A stretch of 64,000 nt of DNA from Rhodospirillales bacterium 24-66-33 (GTDB lineage: Bacteria; Pseudomonadota; Alphaproteobacteria; Reyranellales; Reyranellaceae). Of this stretch, positions 27,445 to 36,700 are shown piece after piece; positions within the stretch are counted from its first letter, which is position 1; each line of letters begins with the position of its first letter. A model generated the notes under the pieces. It did no database searches. It worked only from the letters and a program-made list of their open reading frames with translations, and had not been told where the DNA came from. Location: NCBI GenBank assembly GCA_002281855.1, contig NCHQ01000026.1:12015-76014 (forward strand). Reading direction: 5' to 3'. The position numbers and the translations under genes were made by a program.

Positions 27445-28443
27445 ATGATCACTCTCCTGCTGTCGTCCCACGCGCAGCGTATCTGGGGCGAGCGCATCGC
27501 GGTCGCCGTGCCGCCGGGCACGCTGTCCTTCCTCACCGCCGAGGAGGCGCTGGCGGCCGAAGGGCCAAGTGCCGCCGACATCGCCTTCATGACCCGCGAG
27601 GTCACGGGCAAATCCAGCCCGAGCCATCCGACGCCCGAACTGCGGGGCTTCGACGCGGTGGTCGAGAAGTCGCCGAACCTGAAATGGCTGCAGATCCATC
27701 CGGCCGGCGCCGAGCGCCCGATCTATCGCCAGCTGCGGGCGCGCGGCGTCAAGGTGACGACCGCCTCGGGCGCCACGGCGGTCACCGTGGCGCACAGCAC
27801 GCTGGGCGCCGTGATCGCGATCAACCGGCGCTTCCCGCTGCTCGCGGACGCGCAGCGCCGCCATGCCTGGGAGCCGCGGCTGGCCGAGCGTTCGCCGCGC
27901 GACCTCGCGGGCCAGTGCGCCGTCATCGTCGGTATGGGCCCGATCGGGCGCAACATCGCCTCGCTGCTTGGAATGCTGGGCATGCGCACGATCGGCGTGC
28001 GCCGGACGGCCGAGCCCGTGGAGCCGTGCGAAAGGGTCGTCGCCTACGAGCAATTGCACGAGGTGCTGCCGCAGGCCGACTGGCTGATCCTGTGCTGCCC
28101 GGCCTCGCCGGTGACGCGCGGCATCGCCAATGCGGCGGCCTTTGCCGCGATGCCCGAGGGCGCCCACCTGATCAACGTGGCGCGCGGTGAGATCGCGGTC
28201 GAGCAGGACGTCATTGCGGTACTGCAGAGCGGCAAGCTGGCCGGCGCCTATCTCGACGTGTTCGAGCGCGAGCCGCTCGATGCGGCGTCGCCGCTCTGGG
28301 ATCTGCCCAACGTGCTGGTGTCGCCGCACACCGCCAGCCATTCGCTGGGCCAGAACGAGGCGATCTTCGGCATCTTCCTCGACAACCTGGCGCGCTTCCG
28401 CGCCGGTCAGGCGTTGCGCAACGACGTCGACAATCTGGGCTGA
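27445..28443 (+). CDS. D-isomer-specific 2-hydroxyacid dehydrogenase family protein (NAD-binding)
   Basis: GQCAVIVGMGPIGRNIA is the GxGxxG motif. The catalytic-type blocks are LINVARGE and VSPHTAS. Confidence 0.85.
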   Translation: MITLLLSSHAQRIWGERIAVAVPPGTLSFLTAEEALAAEGPSAADIAFMTREVTGKSSPSHPTPELRGFDAVVEKSPNLKWLQIHPAGAERPIYRQLRARGVKVTTASGATAVTVAHSTLGAVIAINRRFPLLADAQRRHAWEPRLAERSPRDLAGQCAVIVGMGPIGRNIASLLGMLGMRTIGVRRTAEPVEPCERVVAYEQLHEVLPQADWLILCCPASPVTRGIANAAAFAAMPEGAHLINVARGEIAVEQDVIAVLQSGKLAGAYLDVFEREPLDAASPLWDLPNVLVSPHTASHSLGQNEAIFGIFLDNLARFRAGQALRNDVDNLG

Positions 28444-29351
28444 AGCGCCTGCGCCACGGCGTGGCGATCGAGGCGCGCGCGCAGCCCGATCACGACCAGC
28501 TTGCCCGGTCTCGCGCCGGCAGGGGCCTCGTCGATCTCGAAGCGCCGGCCGACGACGTGCAGCGCTACACCGTTCAGGATGCCCTTGGCGCGCAGAACGC
28601 CCGTGCCCGGTGCGCTGAGGCGTTGGCCCAGTTCAGCGACATCGATGCCTTCGGGGACGTCCAGCTCCAGCGAATCGTACAGCGAAGCGGCGTCTGGTGC
28701 GCCCGGCGTGGTGAGTGTCGCCGACAGGCGCGGCAGGGTGCCGTCGCGCAATCCCAACAGCAGGTCGGGTGCGATCTCGGCCCGTGTCGTCGGCAGGATC
28801 CGTGCCGCAGGACTCTCGGCGGCGAGCCAGGCGAGGGTCTGCTGAAGCGAGGCACCGTCCACGAGATCGCAGCGGTTGGCGACGACGAGGTCGGCGGAGC
28901 TGAGCTGGCGGGTGATCGTGTCGCCGAGATAGGCGTCCTCAGCCATCGTCCGCACGGTCTCGACATCCACCATCACGACGATGCCGTCGATGCGATAGGG
29001 CAAGAGAAGGGAGACGGCGCTGGCCACCATGCCGGGCAGGGCGACGCCGCTGGTCTCCAGCACCACGCGCTCGATGTCCGGCCGCTGCGCGGGCAGCGTC
29101 ATCAGCGTGTCCATAAGATCCGAGCCATAGCTGCAGCACACGCAGCCGCCGGAGATTTCCAGCGTGTCGCCGTCCGACGACACGATCAGGTCGCGGTCGA
29201 TCGGCGTCGCGCCGAAATCGTTCACCAGCACGGCGAGCCGCTGGCCGTCGGCGGCGCGCAGCAGGCGGTTGACCAGCGTCGTCTTGCCGGTCCCGAGATA
29301 GCCGCCGATCACCGTGACCGGCAGCCGTCCGCCAGGCCGTGTCTCCCTCAC
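28407..29351 (-). CDS. COG0523 / CobW-like G3E-family GTPase (metallochaperone-type)
   Basis: The start is placed at GTG 29351 (VRETRPGGRLPVTVIGG), which overlaps the upstream TGA as GTGA. The P-loop is GGYLGTGKTTL, the metal motif is GGCVCCS and the ETSG block is present. The 536-aa track ORF is an out-of-frame read-through of the amidohydrolase. Confidence 0.85.
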   Translation of the reverse strand: MRETRPGGRLPVTVIGGYLGTGKTTLVNRLLRAADGQRLAVLVNDFGATPIDRDLIVSSDGDTLEISGGCVCCSYGSDLMDTLMTLPAQRPDIERVVLETSGVALPGMVASAVSLLLPYRIDGIVVMVDVETVRTMAEDAYLGDTITRQLSSADLVVANRCDLVDGASLQQTLAWLAAESPAARILPTTRAEIAPDLLLGLRDGTLPRLSATLTTPGAPDAASLYDSLELDVPEGIDVAELGQRLSAPGTGVLRAKGILNGVALHVVGRRFEIDEAPAGARPGKLVVIGLRARLDRHAVAQALQPRLSTSLRNA

Positions 29352-30997
29352 GCTCCGTTGGCGGGGAAGGGGCGGCCGCCCTGGACCGTGCCCCAGATGC
29401 GCACGTCCTTGAGAGTCTCCGGTGCGATCTCCAGCGGATCGTCCTCCAGCACGGCGAAGTCGGCGCGCTTGCCGCATTCGATCGAGCCGACCTCGCCATC
29501 GAGCTTTAGCGTCCAGGCGGCACCCAGGGTGATCGTCCGCAGCGCATCGGCCACCGAGATGCACTCGGTGGTGCCCAGCACGCGGCCGCTGGCGGTGCGG
29601 CGGTTGACGGCGCCCCAGGCGGTGAAGAGCGGGCCGAGCGGCGTCACCGGCGCGTCGGAATGGATGGCGAGCGGCACGCCGCTGGCCAACGCCGTCGCGC
29701 AGGCGTTCATGCGCATCGCGCGCTCCGGTCCGACCGTCGTCTCGTAATGCTGGTCGCCCCAGTAGAAATGATGGTTGGGGAACAGGTTGGCGCACATGCC
29801 GAGCCGCGCCATGCGCCGGAACTGCGCGGCATCGGCCAGCTGGCAATGCTGCAGGGTGAAGCGATGGTCGCGGGCCGGCTGGTCGAGCAGGGCGCCTTCC
29901 AGGCAATCCAGCGCCATCTCGGTCGCCTGGTCGCCATTGGTATGGCTGTGCACCAGAACGCCCTTCTCGAGGGCAAGCTTGTAGACGCCGGTGATCGCCT
30001 CGGGCGGCGTGTACCACAGGCCGTTGGGCGCACCGTTATAGTAGCCGGGCCAGCGCAGCCGCGCCGAAAAGCCCTGGATCGAGCCGTCGACGAACAGCTT
30101 GATGGCGCCCAGCCGCAGCCGGTCGGTCGATTTGGTCTTGAGCTTCACGGCCATGTCGACCACCTGCTCGGGCGTCAGCGCCTGGAAGCGGCGGAACGAC
30201 ACGATGCGGACGGGGAAGCCCGCTTCGCCGGTGACGCGCGCCATCATCGACACCGCGTCGTCCGGCAGCAGGTTCGCGAGATCGGTCGCGGTCGTGACGC
30301 CCTGGCGAACGCAGAGCTTGGCGAAGCGCCGAAGGCCAGCCTCGTCGTTGGCAAGCGCTTCGCGGTCGAAGCCGACATGGGCGCCGACGATCGTCATCGC
30401 CTCGGGCCCCTTCAGCTCGCCGGTCGGCAGGCCGTCGGCACCGAGCGGGATGCCGGGGTGGTTGACGCCCGGCCGCAGCAGGCCGGCCAGCTCCAGCGCG
30501 CGGGTGTTCACATTGAAGATGTGGCCGCTGGCATGCATCACGCCGACTGCGCGCGTCGTCGACACGCGGTCGAAGTCGGCACGCACGACGCGGCGGTCGC
30601 CGTAATAGATCGGATCGAGGCCCCAGCCGGCGAGCGATTCCGTGGGCGAGCCGAGCTGGCGTTCGGCTTCCTGCAAGCGCGTCACCACGTCCTCGATGGA
30701 CTGGGCGCCGGGCCACACCTTGCCCTCGGGATCCATGCGGTCGAAGCGTCCGAGATAGGTGTAGCGCCAGAAGGTGCCTTCGGCGGCGTGGCTGTGGCCC
30801 TCGACGAAGCCCGGCATCAGCACCTTGTCGGCGAACGTGTCGTCCAGCGTGTAGGTGCCCCAGCCGGCAAGCTCCTCCAGCGGGCCTGCGCCCAGGATGC
30901 GGCCCTCACGGACCGCCACATGCGTGGCCTCCGGACGGGCGGGGTTCATGGTGAGGATGCGGCGGGCGCGGAAGATCGTGATCGGGCTCGGTGTCAT
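29348..30997 (-). CDS. Amidohydrolase-family metal-dependent hydrolase (Amidohydro_3 type)
   Basis: The start is MTPSPITIFRARRILTM. The metal motif is PGFVEGHSHA (HxH), later His/Asp ligand blocks are VHSHTNGD and AIHSDAPV, and the size is about 550 aa. Confidence 0.85.
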   Translation of the reverse strand: MTPSPITIFRARRILTMNPARPEATHVAVREGRILGAGPLEELAGWGTYTLDDTFADKVLMPGFVEGHSHAAEGTFWRYTYLGRFDRMDPEGKVWPGAQSIEDVVTRLQEAERQLGSPTESLAGWGLDPIYYGDRRVVRADFDRVSTTRAVGVMHASGHIFNVNTRALELAGLLRPGVNHPGIPLGADGLPTGELKGPEAMTIVGAHVGFDREALANDEAGLRRFAKLCVRQGVTTATDLANLLPDDAVSMMARVTGEAGFPVRIVSFRRFQALTPEQVVDMAVKLKTKSTDRLRLGAIKLFVDGSIQGFSARLRWPGYYNGAPNGLWYTPPEAITGVYKLALEKGVLVHSHTNGDQATEMALDCLEGALLDQPARDHRFTLQHCQLADAAQFRRMARLGMCANLFPNHHFYWGDQHYETTVGPERAMRMNACATALASGVPLAIHSDAPVTPLGPLFTAWGAVNRRTASGRVLGTTECISVADALRTITLGAAWTLKLDGEVGSIECGKRADFAVLEDDPLEIAPETLKDVRIWGTVQGGRPFPANGA

Positions 30998-31085
30998 GCA
31001 CCGGACAGTAGCGGTCACGCGGCGCGAGGCCAATCGGTAGTCAGAAAAGCGACGGCGGTATCGGATGACACCGCCGTCCGTCGCC

Positions 31086-32342
31086 TTATCTGACCATGTT
31101 GCGCGGCACGTCGCGGAACGGCTTGGTGGTGTCGATGCTCGGCTCCTTGGGCATCTTGAGGACGCGCTCGGAGATGATGTTGCGCTGGATCTCGTCGGTG
31201 CCGCCGGCGATCGACGTCGCCGGGACCGAGACCAGGATCTCGGCGATCACGCCGTTCATCGGGCTGTCGGAGCCGGAGAGCAGCGCATCGGCACCGGAGA
31301 GCTGGGTGTGCACGCGCGCGGCGGCGCGGGCGACATGGCTCGAGACCAGCTTGCCGAGCGAGCCTTCGGGACCCTGCGGCTTGCCCTGCTGGGCGGCGGC
31401 GCGTGCTCGGCGCGCCGTCCATTCTGCGGCCTTGGACATGACCAGCAGCCGCGCGATCTCCTGGCGCACCACCGGATCCTCGAAGTGGCCGGTTTCCTTG
31501 GCCCGCTCCAGGATCAGATCGACCCGGCCCGCACGCTGCGGATACCACTTGTAGGGCTCCATCGTGGTCGCGATCTCGGCCCGCTCCTCGTCGTAGGCGC
31601 GGCCCTTGCGGTCCGAACCCATGGCCCAGCTGCGCAAGCCATCGGCGCCACGCCGCTCGTGCATCAGCGTCGTCGTCGTCACGGCCCAGCCGTCACCCAC
31701 GTTGGCGACCAGGAATTCCGGCTCGACCACGGCGTCGGTCAGGAACACCTGGTTGAACGAGGCATGGCCGTTCATCTGCTTCAGCGGCTGCACGTTCACG
31801 CCGGGCTGGTGCATGTCGATGATGAAGTAGGACAGGCCCTTGTGCTTGGTCTGGTCCCAGTCGGTGCGGGCCAGCAGCAGGCCCCAGTGCGCGTGATGGG
31901 CCGAGGTCGTCCAGACCTTCTGGCCGTTCACGATCCACTTGTTGCCCTTCATCTCGGCGCGCGTGACGGCGCCGGCCACGTCGGAGCCGGAACCGGGTTC
32001 GCTGAACAGCTGGCACCACGTATCCTCGCCCGTGAGGATACGGCGCAGGTACTTCTCCTTATGGAGATCCGTGCCGTGCGCCAGGATGGTCGCGGCGGCC
32101 AGGGTGCGGATGCCGGCCTTGGCGACGCCGATCGCGCCGATGCGCGCGAATTCCTCGTCGACGACGGGCACGAGACCGGCCGGCAGGTCGCGGCCATACC
32201 ATTCCTTCGGCCAGCCGGGGACGCCCCAGCCGGAATCGGCCAGCTTGTTGCGCCATTCGACGAGGCCCAGTTCGGGATTCCAGTTGGCTTCCAGCCAGGC
32301 GCGGACTTCGGCGCGGACGGAGTCTTCGGTGAGTTCGCTCAT
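31086..32342 (-). CDS. Acyl-CoA dehydrogenase family protein (418 aa)
   Basis: Blocks CQLFSEPGSGSD, KWIVNGQKVWTT and GGTDEIQRNIISERVL identify an ACAD fold. Confidence 0.9.
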   Translation of the reverse strand: MSELTEDSVRAEVRAWLEANWNPELGLVEWRNKLADSGWGVPGWPKEWYGRDLPAGLVPVVDEEFARIGAIGVAKAGIRTLAAATILAHGTDLHKEKYLRRILTGEDTWCQLFSEPGSGSDVAGAVTRAEMKGNKWIVNGQKVWTTSAHHAHWGLLLARTDWDQTKHKGLSYFIIDMHQPGVNVQPLKQMNGHASFNQVFLTDAVVEPEFLVANVGDGWAVTTTTLMHERRGADGLRSWAMGSDRKGRAYDEERAEIATTMEPYKWYPQRAGRVDLILERAKETGHFEDPVVRQEIARLLVMSKAAEWTARRARAAAQQGKPQGPEGSLGKLVSSHVARAAARVHTQLSGADALLSGSDSPMNGVIAEILVSVPATSIAGGTDEIQRNIISERVLKMPKEPSIDTTKPFRDVPRNMVR

Positions 32343-32353
32343 CTTCCTGCTCC

Positions 32354-33484
32354 TCAGTCGGCCCAGTGCTGCATCATCTGTTCGCGGTGATAGTGGGCAT
32401 CGCCCAGCAGCACCTCCGAACTCTTGGCGCGCTTGAACCAGAGATGGGTGTCGTTGTCCCAGGTGAAGCCGATGCCGCCATGGATCTGGATGGCGTGCAC
32501 GGCCGTCTGCAGGGCGGCCTCGCTGGCGGCCGCCTTGGCGATCGATGCGACGGCTGCGATGTCCTCGTCGCCCTCGTCGAGCGCCGCGGCCGCATAGTAG
32601 GCGGCTGACTTCGCCAGTTCGACGTCGACCAGCATGTCGGCATGCTTGTGCTTCATCGACTGGAAGGAGGCGATGGGCCGGCCGAACTGCATGCGCATTT
32701 GCGCGTAGGCCAGGGCATCCTCGCGCAGTCGCTCGGAAACACCGGCCATCTCGTTGGACAGGCAGACCGCCGCCTCGACCAGGGTGCGGGCGAACGGCGC
32801 CGCCGCGGCGCCGGCCTCGCCCAGCAGCGTGGCCTCGACACCCTTGAAGTCCAGGCGTGCAAGTTTACGCGTCGGGTCCATCACCTTGAGGTTCCGCCGC
32901 TCCAGTCCCTGGGCGTCACCCTTGACGGTGAACAGCGAGAGGCCCGCCTCGCCCGAGGTTCCGGCGGCGCGCGCCAGTACGACGATGAGATCGGCGGTGT
33001 GGCCATCCAGCACGTAGCTCTTGTGGCCGTCGAGCTTCCAGGTGCTTCCGGTTTGCGTGGCCGTCATCCGGGTCGCTGCAGCGTCCCAATGGGCGGGGTC
33101 CTCGACCCAGGCCAGCGTGGCGATCGTGTCGCCCGCGGCAATGCCGGGGAGCAGGGCCTGCTTCTGGTCTTCGGTGCCGGCGTTCAGGATCGCGCTTGTC
33201 GCGAGGACGGCCGTCGAGAAGAACGGCGCGCAGAGCAGCGCCCGGCCCATCTCCTCCAGCACGATTCCGAGTTCACCGAAGCCGAAACCCTGTCCGCCAT
33301 AGGCCTCGGGGATGCGCACCGCGGTAAGGCCGAGTTCGGTATTGAGCTTGCGCCAGGCGGCGGGCTCGAAGCCGGCGTCGGTTTCCATCAGGCGCCGCAC
33401 CTCCTTGGTGGGCGAGCGCTCGCCGAGAAACCGGCGCAGGCTGGTCCTGAATTCTTCCTGCTCGCCGGAGAAACTGAACTTCAT
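32354..33484 (-). CDS. Acyl-CoA dehydrogenase family protein (376 aa)
   Basis: Blocks WKLDGHKSYV, FQSMKH and IQIHGGIGFTWDND identify an ACAD fold. It lies 11 nt upstream of the second ACAD gene. Confidence 0.9.
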   Translation of the reverse strand: MKFSFSGEQEEFRTSLRRFLGERSPTKEVRRLMETDAGFEPAAWRKLNTELGLTAVRIPEAYGGQGFGFGELGIVLEEMGRALLCAPFFSTAVLATSAILNAGTEDQKQALLPGIAAGDTIATLAWVEDPAHWDAAATRMTATQTGSTWKLDGHKSYVLDGHTADLIVVLARAAGTSGEAGLSLFTVKGDAQGLERRNLKVMDPTRKLARLDFKGVEATLLGEAGAAAAPFARTLVEAAVCLSNEMAGVSERLREDALAYAQMRMQFGRPIASFQSMKHKHADMLVDVELAKSAAYYAAAALDEGDEDIAAVASIAKAAASEAALQTAVHAIQIHGGIGFTWDNDTHLWFKRAKSSEVLLGDAHYHREQMMQHWAD

Positions 33485-33491
33485 CGAAAAT

Positions 33492-33522
33492 CCTCCCAGT
33501 GTCGATTTTAGGCACTGGGAGG
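33492..33522 (-). promoter_or_regulatory. Perfect 10-bp stem-loop that contains the Shine-Dalgarno of the ACAD operon
   Basis: The mRNA sense is CCUCCCAGUG-ccuaaaaucga-CACUGGGAGG-auuuucg-AUG. The SD GGGAGG is the 3-prime arm of the stem. Confidence 0.45.
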
Positions 33523-33620
33523 GATGACCGAAAGCTCCCGGAGAGTGCCGGGAATTGCAGGGCGAGACTTCGCCGGATTTAGAGTCTCTCGGGCGGAGAA
33601 AGATCAGCTGTTCGAAAACA

Positions 33621-33731
33621 CCTCACCCTGAGGAGCGCTCCGGAGGAGCGCGTCTCGAAGGGTGGGCACGCGCACCGCGTTTGTTGCCCATCCTTCGAGA
33701 CGGCCACTTCGTGGCCTCCTCAGGATGAGGT
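33621..33731. repeat. Intergenic nested-hairpin (REP/MITE-like) element, family B, copy 1
   Basis: Sequence is cctcaccctgagga...gcgtctcgaagggtgggc...gcccatccttcgagacggcc...tcctcaggatgaggt. A second, inverted copy lies at 54507..54618. Confidence 0.8.
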
Positions 33732-33786
33732 TGGTGGGTCAATCTGAGACAAGAGGCCTTGGCAGCGTCACCTCTGAAGTTCGACC

Positions 33787-36700
33787 TCAGACGTGGAGTA
33801 GATCTATGTGAACTGCCGATGGGTCCTGTGCGCCCGTGGCTACGAAACCGAAGCTGGTCTCGCCGTCATGGACGATCGTCCCGTTGTACGAGGCGTTGCC
33901 GATGACGTACCCGCTCGCGTCGTGCGACACGATGACCGCATTCCAGATGTCCGTTATCTGGTTGCTGGTCTCTATCTTGATCTGCCAGCCGGTGACGTTG
34001 CTGGGTCCGTCGTTTTCGAGCGTCACGCTGCCGTTGAAGCCGCCGGACCAGGAGTTCACGATCGCGAACACGGCGTCGACATCTCCGGAGCTGGCCGGCG
34101 GCGTTGGCGTCGGAGGAGGCGTCACCGCTGCGTCATCGTCGACGATGGTGGCCGTGCCGGTGGCGCGCGAGATGGTGGCGCCCACCGCATTGGTCAGCAC
34201 GACGCCGAAATGCTCGTTGCCTTCGACAAGCTTGTCGGACGTGATCTGGATCGTGATCGTCTTGCTCTGCTCGCCCGCCGCGAAGGTCACGTGGCCGTTG
34301 CTGGCGATGAAGTCCGCCGCGCCGGCCTCGCCGTAGACGGTCTGATAGTCCACCGTGACCTCGTGCGTGGCGGCCTCGGAGAGCGTGAGCACGAAGCTCG
34401 CCGTCGGACCGGCAGGCGCACTGCCATCGCCCGGCGCATCCTCGTGGAACTGGTATTCGATGGGCGTCAGGTAGCCCATCTTGGTCTGGTTCACGCCGGT
34501 CCAGTTGTCGGTGAGGATGCCGCCAGTGTCGCTCGAGTTGGGGTTCCACGACCAGAAGGTCCAGCTCGGCCCCTTCTGCCCGGGTGCCAGGTCGGACGTG
34601 CCGTCATTGTCGAAGTCACCGCCGAGATACGAGGTGATGGCTTCCAGCCACGGCGCGTCCTTCGGGTCGACCAGCTTGGTGCCGAATTCGCCGATCCACA
34701 CCGGCGCGATGCCTTCCTTGTAGATGTAGCCCCACATCTGATCGAACTTGGCGGGCAGGTTGGCGGGGAAGTCGGCGCCCTGGAACCACGGCTGCTTGTA
34801 GACCGAGTTGGGGTAGTCGTGCGCCGAGTAGACGAGTCTGTCGTCGAGCGCGAGGTCGATCGGCCGGTCGCGCACGCCCATCAGGTTGCCGCCCCACCAG
34901 TAGCTCTCGCCTTTATAGGTGCCGACCCCCTCGACGAAGATCAGCCAGTTGGGATTGACCGTGCCGATGGCATTGCCGGCGGTCTCGGCCGCCAGCGCCC
35001 AATCGTTGGCGCCGCCGCCGCCCCAGGTGCCGTTGTGGGGCTCGTTGTGCAGGTCCGCGCCGATGACGGTGGGATCGTCGGCGTAGCGCGCCGCCAGCAT
35101 CTTCCAGTCGGCGACCCAGGAGGCCTGCGTGTACTGGCCGTCGTACCACAGGCCATTATCGGACGTTCCGGCGCCAGCGTTGCTGCGATGATGGTCGAGG
35201 ATGATCTTGAGGCCGACCTGGCCGGCATAGTCGACGATCTTGTCCATGATCTGCAGCGCCGACAGGCCCGTGAGGTCGGGATTCTTGTTGAAGTCGATGC
35301 CGTTGGGCGCTGCATTCGTGTGCAGCATTTCGCTCGAGAAGGGCAGGCGGATGGTGTTGAAGCCGAGATCGACCATCTGGTCCATCATGTCCTTGTAGCC
35401 GCGCGTCCACAGGCCATGCGGCGCGAAGGTCGAGGATTCGAAGCCGAACCAGTTCACACCCGCGATCTGCACCGTGTGGCCGGCCGAGTCGACGATCTGG
35501 TTGCCCGAGGTGCTGAGCCAGCCCGGCGCCGCGCCGGTGCCGGGATTGCCCTCGACAACCGAGGCGTCGGAGATGCTGAGCGTCGGCAGGGTCGGCGTGG
35601 CATTGTCGTCGTTGAGGATCGTGCCGATGGCGACGCCGTCGGCGATCACGGCACCGGTCGGCGAAGACAGGGTCAGCTTGAGCGTCTCGTTTGACTCGAC
35701 CGCCGTGTCGCCGCTCACCTGGACGTTGATGACCTTGGAGATCTCGCCGGCCGCGAAGGTCAGGGTCCCCGTCTGGGCCGTGTAGTCCTGCCCCGCTTTC
35801 GCCGTGCCGTTGGCGGTGGTGTATGCGACGGTGACCGGGCCCGAGGTGGCGGCGGACAGGGTGACTGTAAACGCGAGGGCGCTGGTGCCGTTGTTTCCTT
35901 CCGTGACCGTGGCATCGGCGACGGAAATCCTCGCATCGTCGTTGACGATCGTGCCGACGGCGGCGCCGTCGGCGATCTTTCCGCCGGTCGCCGTCGTGAG
36001 GTTGACCTTCATGCCTTCGTTGATTTCGACGGTGGTGTCGCCGATCACCTTCACGTTGATGACCTTGGAGGTTTCGCCGGCGGCAAAGGTGACGGTTCCG
36101 GTCTGGGCTATGTAGTCCGCGCCGGCCTTGGCGCTGCCGTCCGCGGTGGCATAGGTGACCGTGACCGGCCCGCTGGTGGCTTCCGAGAGGGTGACGGTGA
36201 AGGCGAGATCGCGCGTACCGCTGTCGCCTTCCTTCATCGAGGCGTCGGCGATGGCGATTTTGGGAACGATCACGTCGTCGGTGAGGATCGTGCCCGCCGC
36301 CGCACCGTCGGCCAGGGTGGCGCCCGTCGGCGCCGATAGCCTCAACGCAAGCGTTTCGTTGAGTTCGGCGACTCTGTCGCCGTTGATCGTGACGCTGACG
36401 GTCTTCTCCGTCTCGCCGGCCGCGAAGGTGATCGTGCCGGACTTGGCGACATAATCCTGGCCGGCCGTCGCGGTGCCGTCCGCGGTCGCGTAGGCGACCG
36501 TCACCGGTCCGGTGGCCGCCTGGGAAAGGCTGACGGTGAAGACCATCTGCTTGGTGCCGCTGTTGCCCTCGATGACCGAGGCGTCGCCGACCGTGAGGGT
36601 CGGCAGGACCGGCGGCTCGTTGCCCTCTCCGTTCAGCGACAGGCCGGTCGCCGCCGTGCCGCCCGTTGCACCCGGAGTCGCCTGGAAGCCGAAGGTGACG

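Noticed and set aside
28407-28443. Convergent 3-prime overlaps of coding regions (28407..28443 and 57046..57063).
   Set aside because: Short tail-to-tail overlaps are common in compact high-GC genomes, and no additional structure was seen there.
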